NCBI GenBank assembly: GCA_013205405.1
Contig: JABMMZ010000015.1
Location: forward strand, 75,586-139,585
Source of the DNA: Bacteroidota bacterium
Lineage (GTDB): Bacteria > Bacteroidota > Bacteroidia > NS11-12g > UBA955
Reading direction: 5' to 3'
Length of the DNA stretch: 64,000 nt
The notes under the pieces were generated by a model. That model ran no database searches, was not told the origin of the DNA, and saw only the letters and a program-made list of their open reading frames with translations. A program made the translations under genes and the position numbers. Below, in pieces: positions 63,273 to 64,000 of this stretch (the stretch's first letter is position 1; every line of letters begins with the position of its first letter).

Positions 63273-63672
63273 TATAAATTACACATACCAATTGCCCTTT
63301 ACAGTGCGCGATTATGAATTAGACCTTCAAGGGATTGTAAACAATGCAGTTTATCAAAATTATTTAGAACATGCACGCCATGAGTATTTAAAAGAAAATG
63401 GTTTAAACTTTCAACAATTGCATAATGATGGATTTGATGCTGTGGTAATTAGAGCTGAAATAGATTATAAAAAATCATTAATTAGCAACGATCAATTTAT
63501 TGTAAAAATTGGCATAGAAAGAGAGGGCAGATTACGCTTGATATTTAATCAAGTAATTATTAGAACAAGCGATGACGCTATTATTGTAAAAGCAAAAATT
63601 ATAGTAGCTTGTGTGGTTAACAACAGACCAGTTGAGCCCATTATAGTATTAGAAAAATTAGGGTTAGTGTAA
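63265..63672 (+). CDS. Acyl-CoA thioesterase, 4HBT/YbgC-like hotdog fold
   Basis: 135 aa. VRDYELDLQGIVNNAVYQNYLEHAR matches the hotdog thioesterase N-terminal catalytic region. Overlaps pth by 8 nt. Confidence 0.8.
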   Translation: MDNINYTYQLPFTVRDYELDLQGIVNNAVYQNYLEHARHEYLKENGLNFQQLHNDGFDAVVIRAEIDYKKSLISNDQFIVKIGIEREGRLRLIFNQVIIRTSDDAIIVKAKIIVACVVNNRPVEPIIVLEKLGLV

Positions 63673-63706
63673 GGTTAAAATTCTAAGTAAAAGAATTTAT
63701 TCTTAA

Positions 63707-64000
63707 CTAAACCAATTTTCTAGCGATACTTACCTCTTCGTATATTTCAAAATTATCACCATTTTGAATATCGCTAAAGTTTTTTATAGATATACCACAT
63801 TCAAAGCCTTTCATTACGTCTTTAACATCGTCTTTAAATCGTTTTAAAGCCTCAATAGAACCTTGGTGAACCACTACGCCATCGCGTATAATTCTAACTT
63901 TAGATTGTCTTGTAACTTTACCATCTGTAACCATACAACCAGCCACAACACCTATTTTAGTAATTTTAAATACTTCACGCACTTCTACGTTGCCTATCAC
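63707..64000 (-). CDS. infB: Translation initiation factor IF-2, C-terminal end only (gene continues off the right edge)
   Basis: The sequence [23 protein letters not shown]...[34 protein letters not shown] is the conserved IF-2 C2 beta-barrel domain. Stop codon at 63707-63709. Confidence 0.9.
   Translation of the reverse strand: MIGNVEVREVFKITKIGVVAGCMVTDGKVTRQSKVRIIRDGVVVHQGSIEALKRFKDDVKDVMKGFECGISIKNFSDIQNGDNFEIYEEVSIARKLV

Noticed and set aside
1-64000. CRISPR arrays, IS elements, prophage or defence-system genes
   Set aside because: I saw no regularly spaced short repeats and no transposase, integrase, Cas, restriction or toxin-antitoxin signatures on either strand. The only repeats are the coding repeats at 49.9-51.0 kb and the duplicated element at 60.0-60.2 kb.

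Overview
AT-rich (about one-third G+C by eye) chromosomal segment with the hallmarks of a Bacteroidota genome: type-A and type-B T9SS C-terminal sorting domains, many lipoprotein signal peptides, TAnnTTTG -7 promoter boxes instead of Shine-Dalgarno-led starts, and a dcw cluster without murF/ddl. I call about 57 protein genes, one tRNA-Leu(GAG), several hairpin terminators and about a dozen promoter-like boxes. The core is housekeeping. There is a complete mraZ-rsmH-ftsL-ftsI-murE-mraY-murD-ftsW-murG-murC-ftsQ-ftsA-ftsZ cluster (24.3-39.4 kb). Other housekeeping genes are purB, queA, rdgB, ilvE, ruvA, ald, lhgO, menA/menC, rimP-nusA, lpxB, recJ, lptB, pth and the 3' end of infB. I saw no transposase, integrase, phage gene, CRISPR array or toxin-antitoxin pair. 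The best candidate for an undescribed system is a six-gene minus-strand operon at 1936-9633. It encodes two lipoproteins with DUF4214/PSCyt2-like 'LLGREP...SxEF' modules, a Tat-exported DUF1501-like enzyme and a lipoprotein with a PSCyt1-like haem-motif domain carrying an unusual CX4CH. It also encodes a small Ig-like lipoprotein and a 1184-aa CUB-like/PKD/type-B-CTD T9SS surface protein. This resembles a disassembled Bacteroidota version of the function-unknown planctomycete PSCyt/PSD + DUF1501 gene pair, wired to T9SS cargo. Other items worth a second look follow. A 1169-aa chimeric beta-barrel-like / 'DTV'-repeat / cysteine-studded coiled-coil protein lies directly upstream of rimP. A GC-rich leader hairpin sits 10 nt before the rimP start. 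nusA and infB are not adjacent. Three phased GTGGA MraZ-type boxes precede mraZ. A roughly 40-bp element is duplicated upstream of recJ. A 456-bp non-coding gap follows the giant T9SS gene. All family assignments come from motif recognition by eye, not from database searches.
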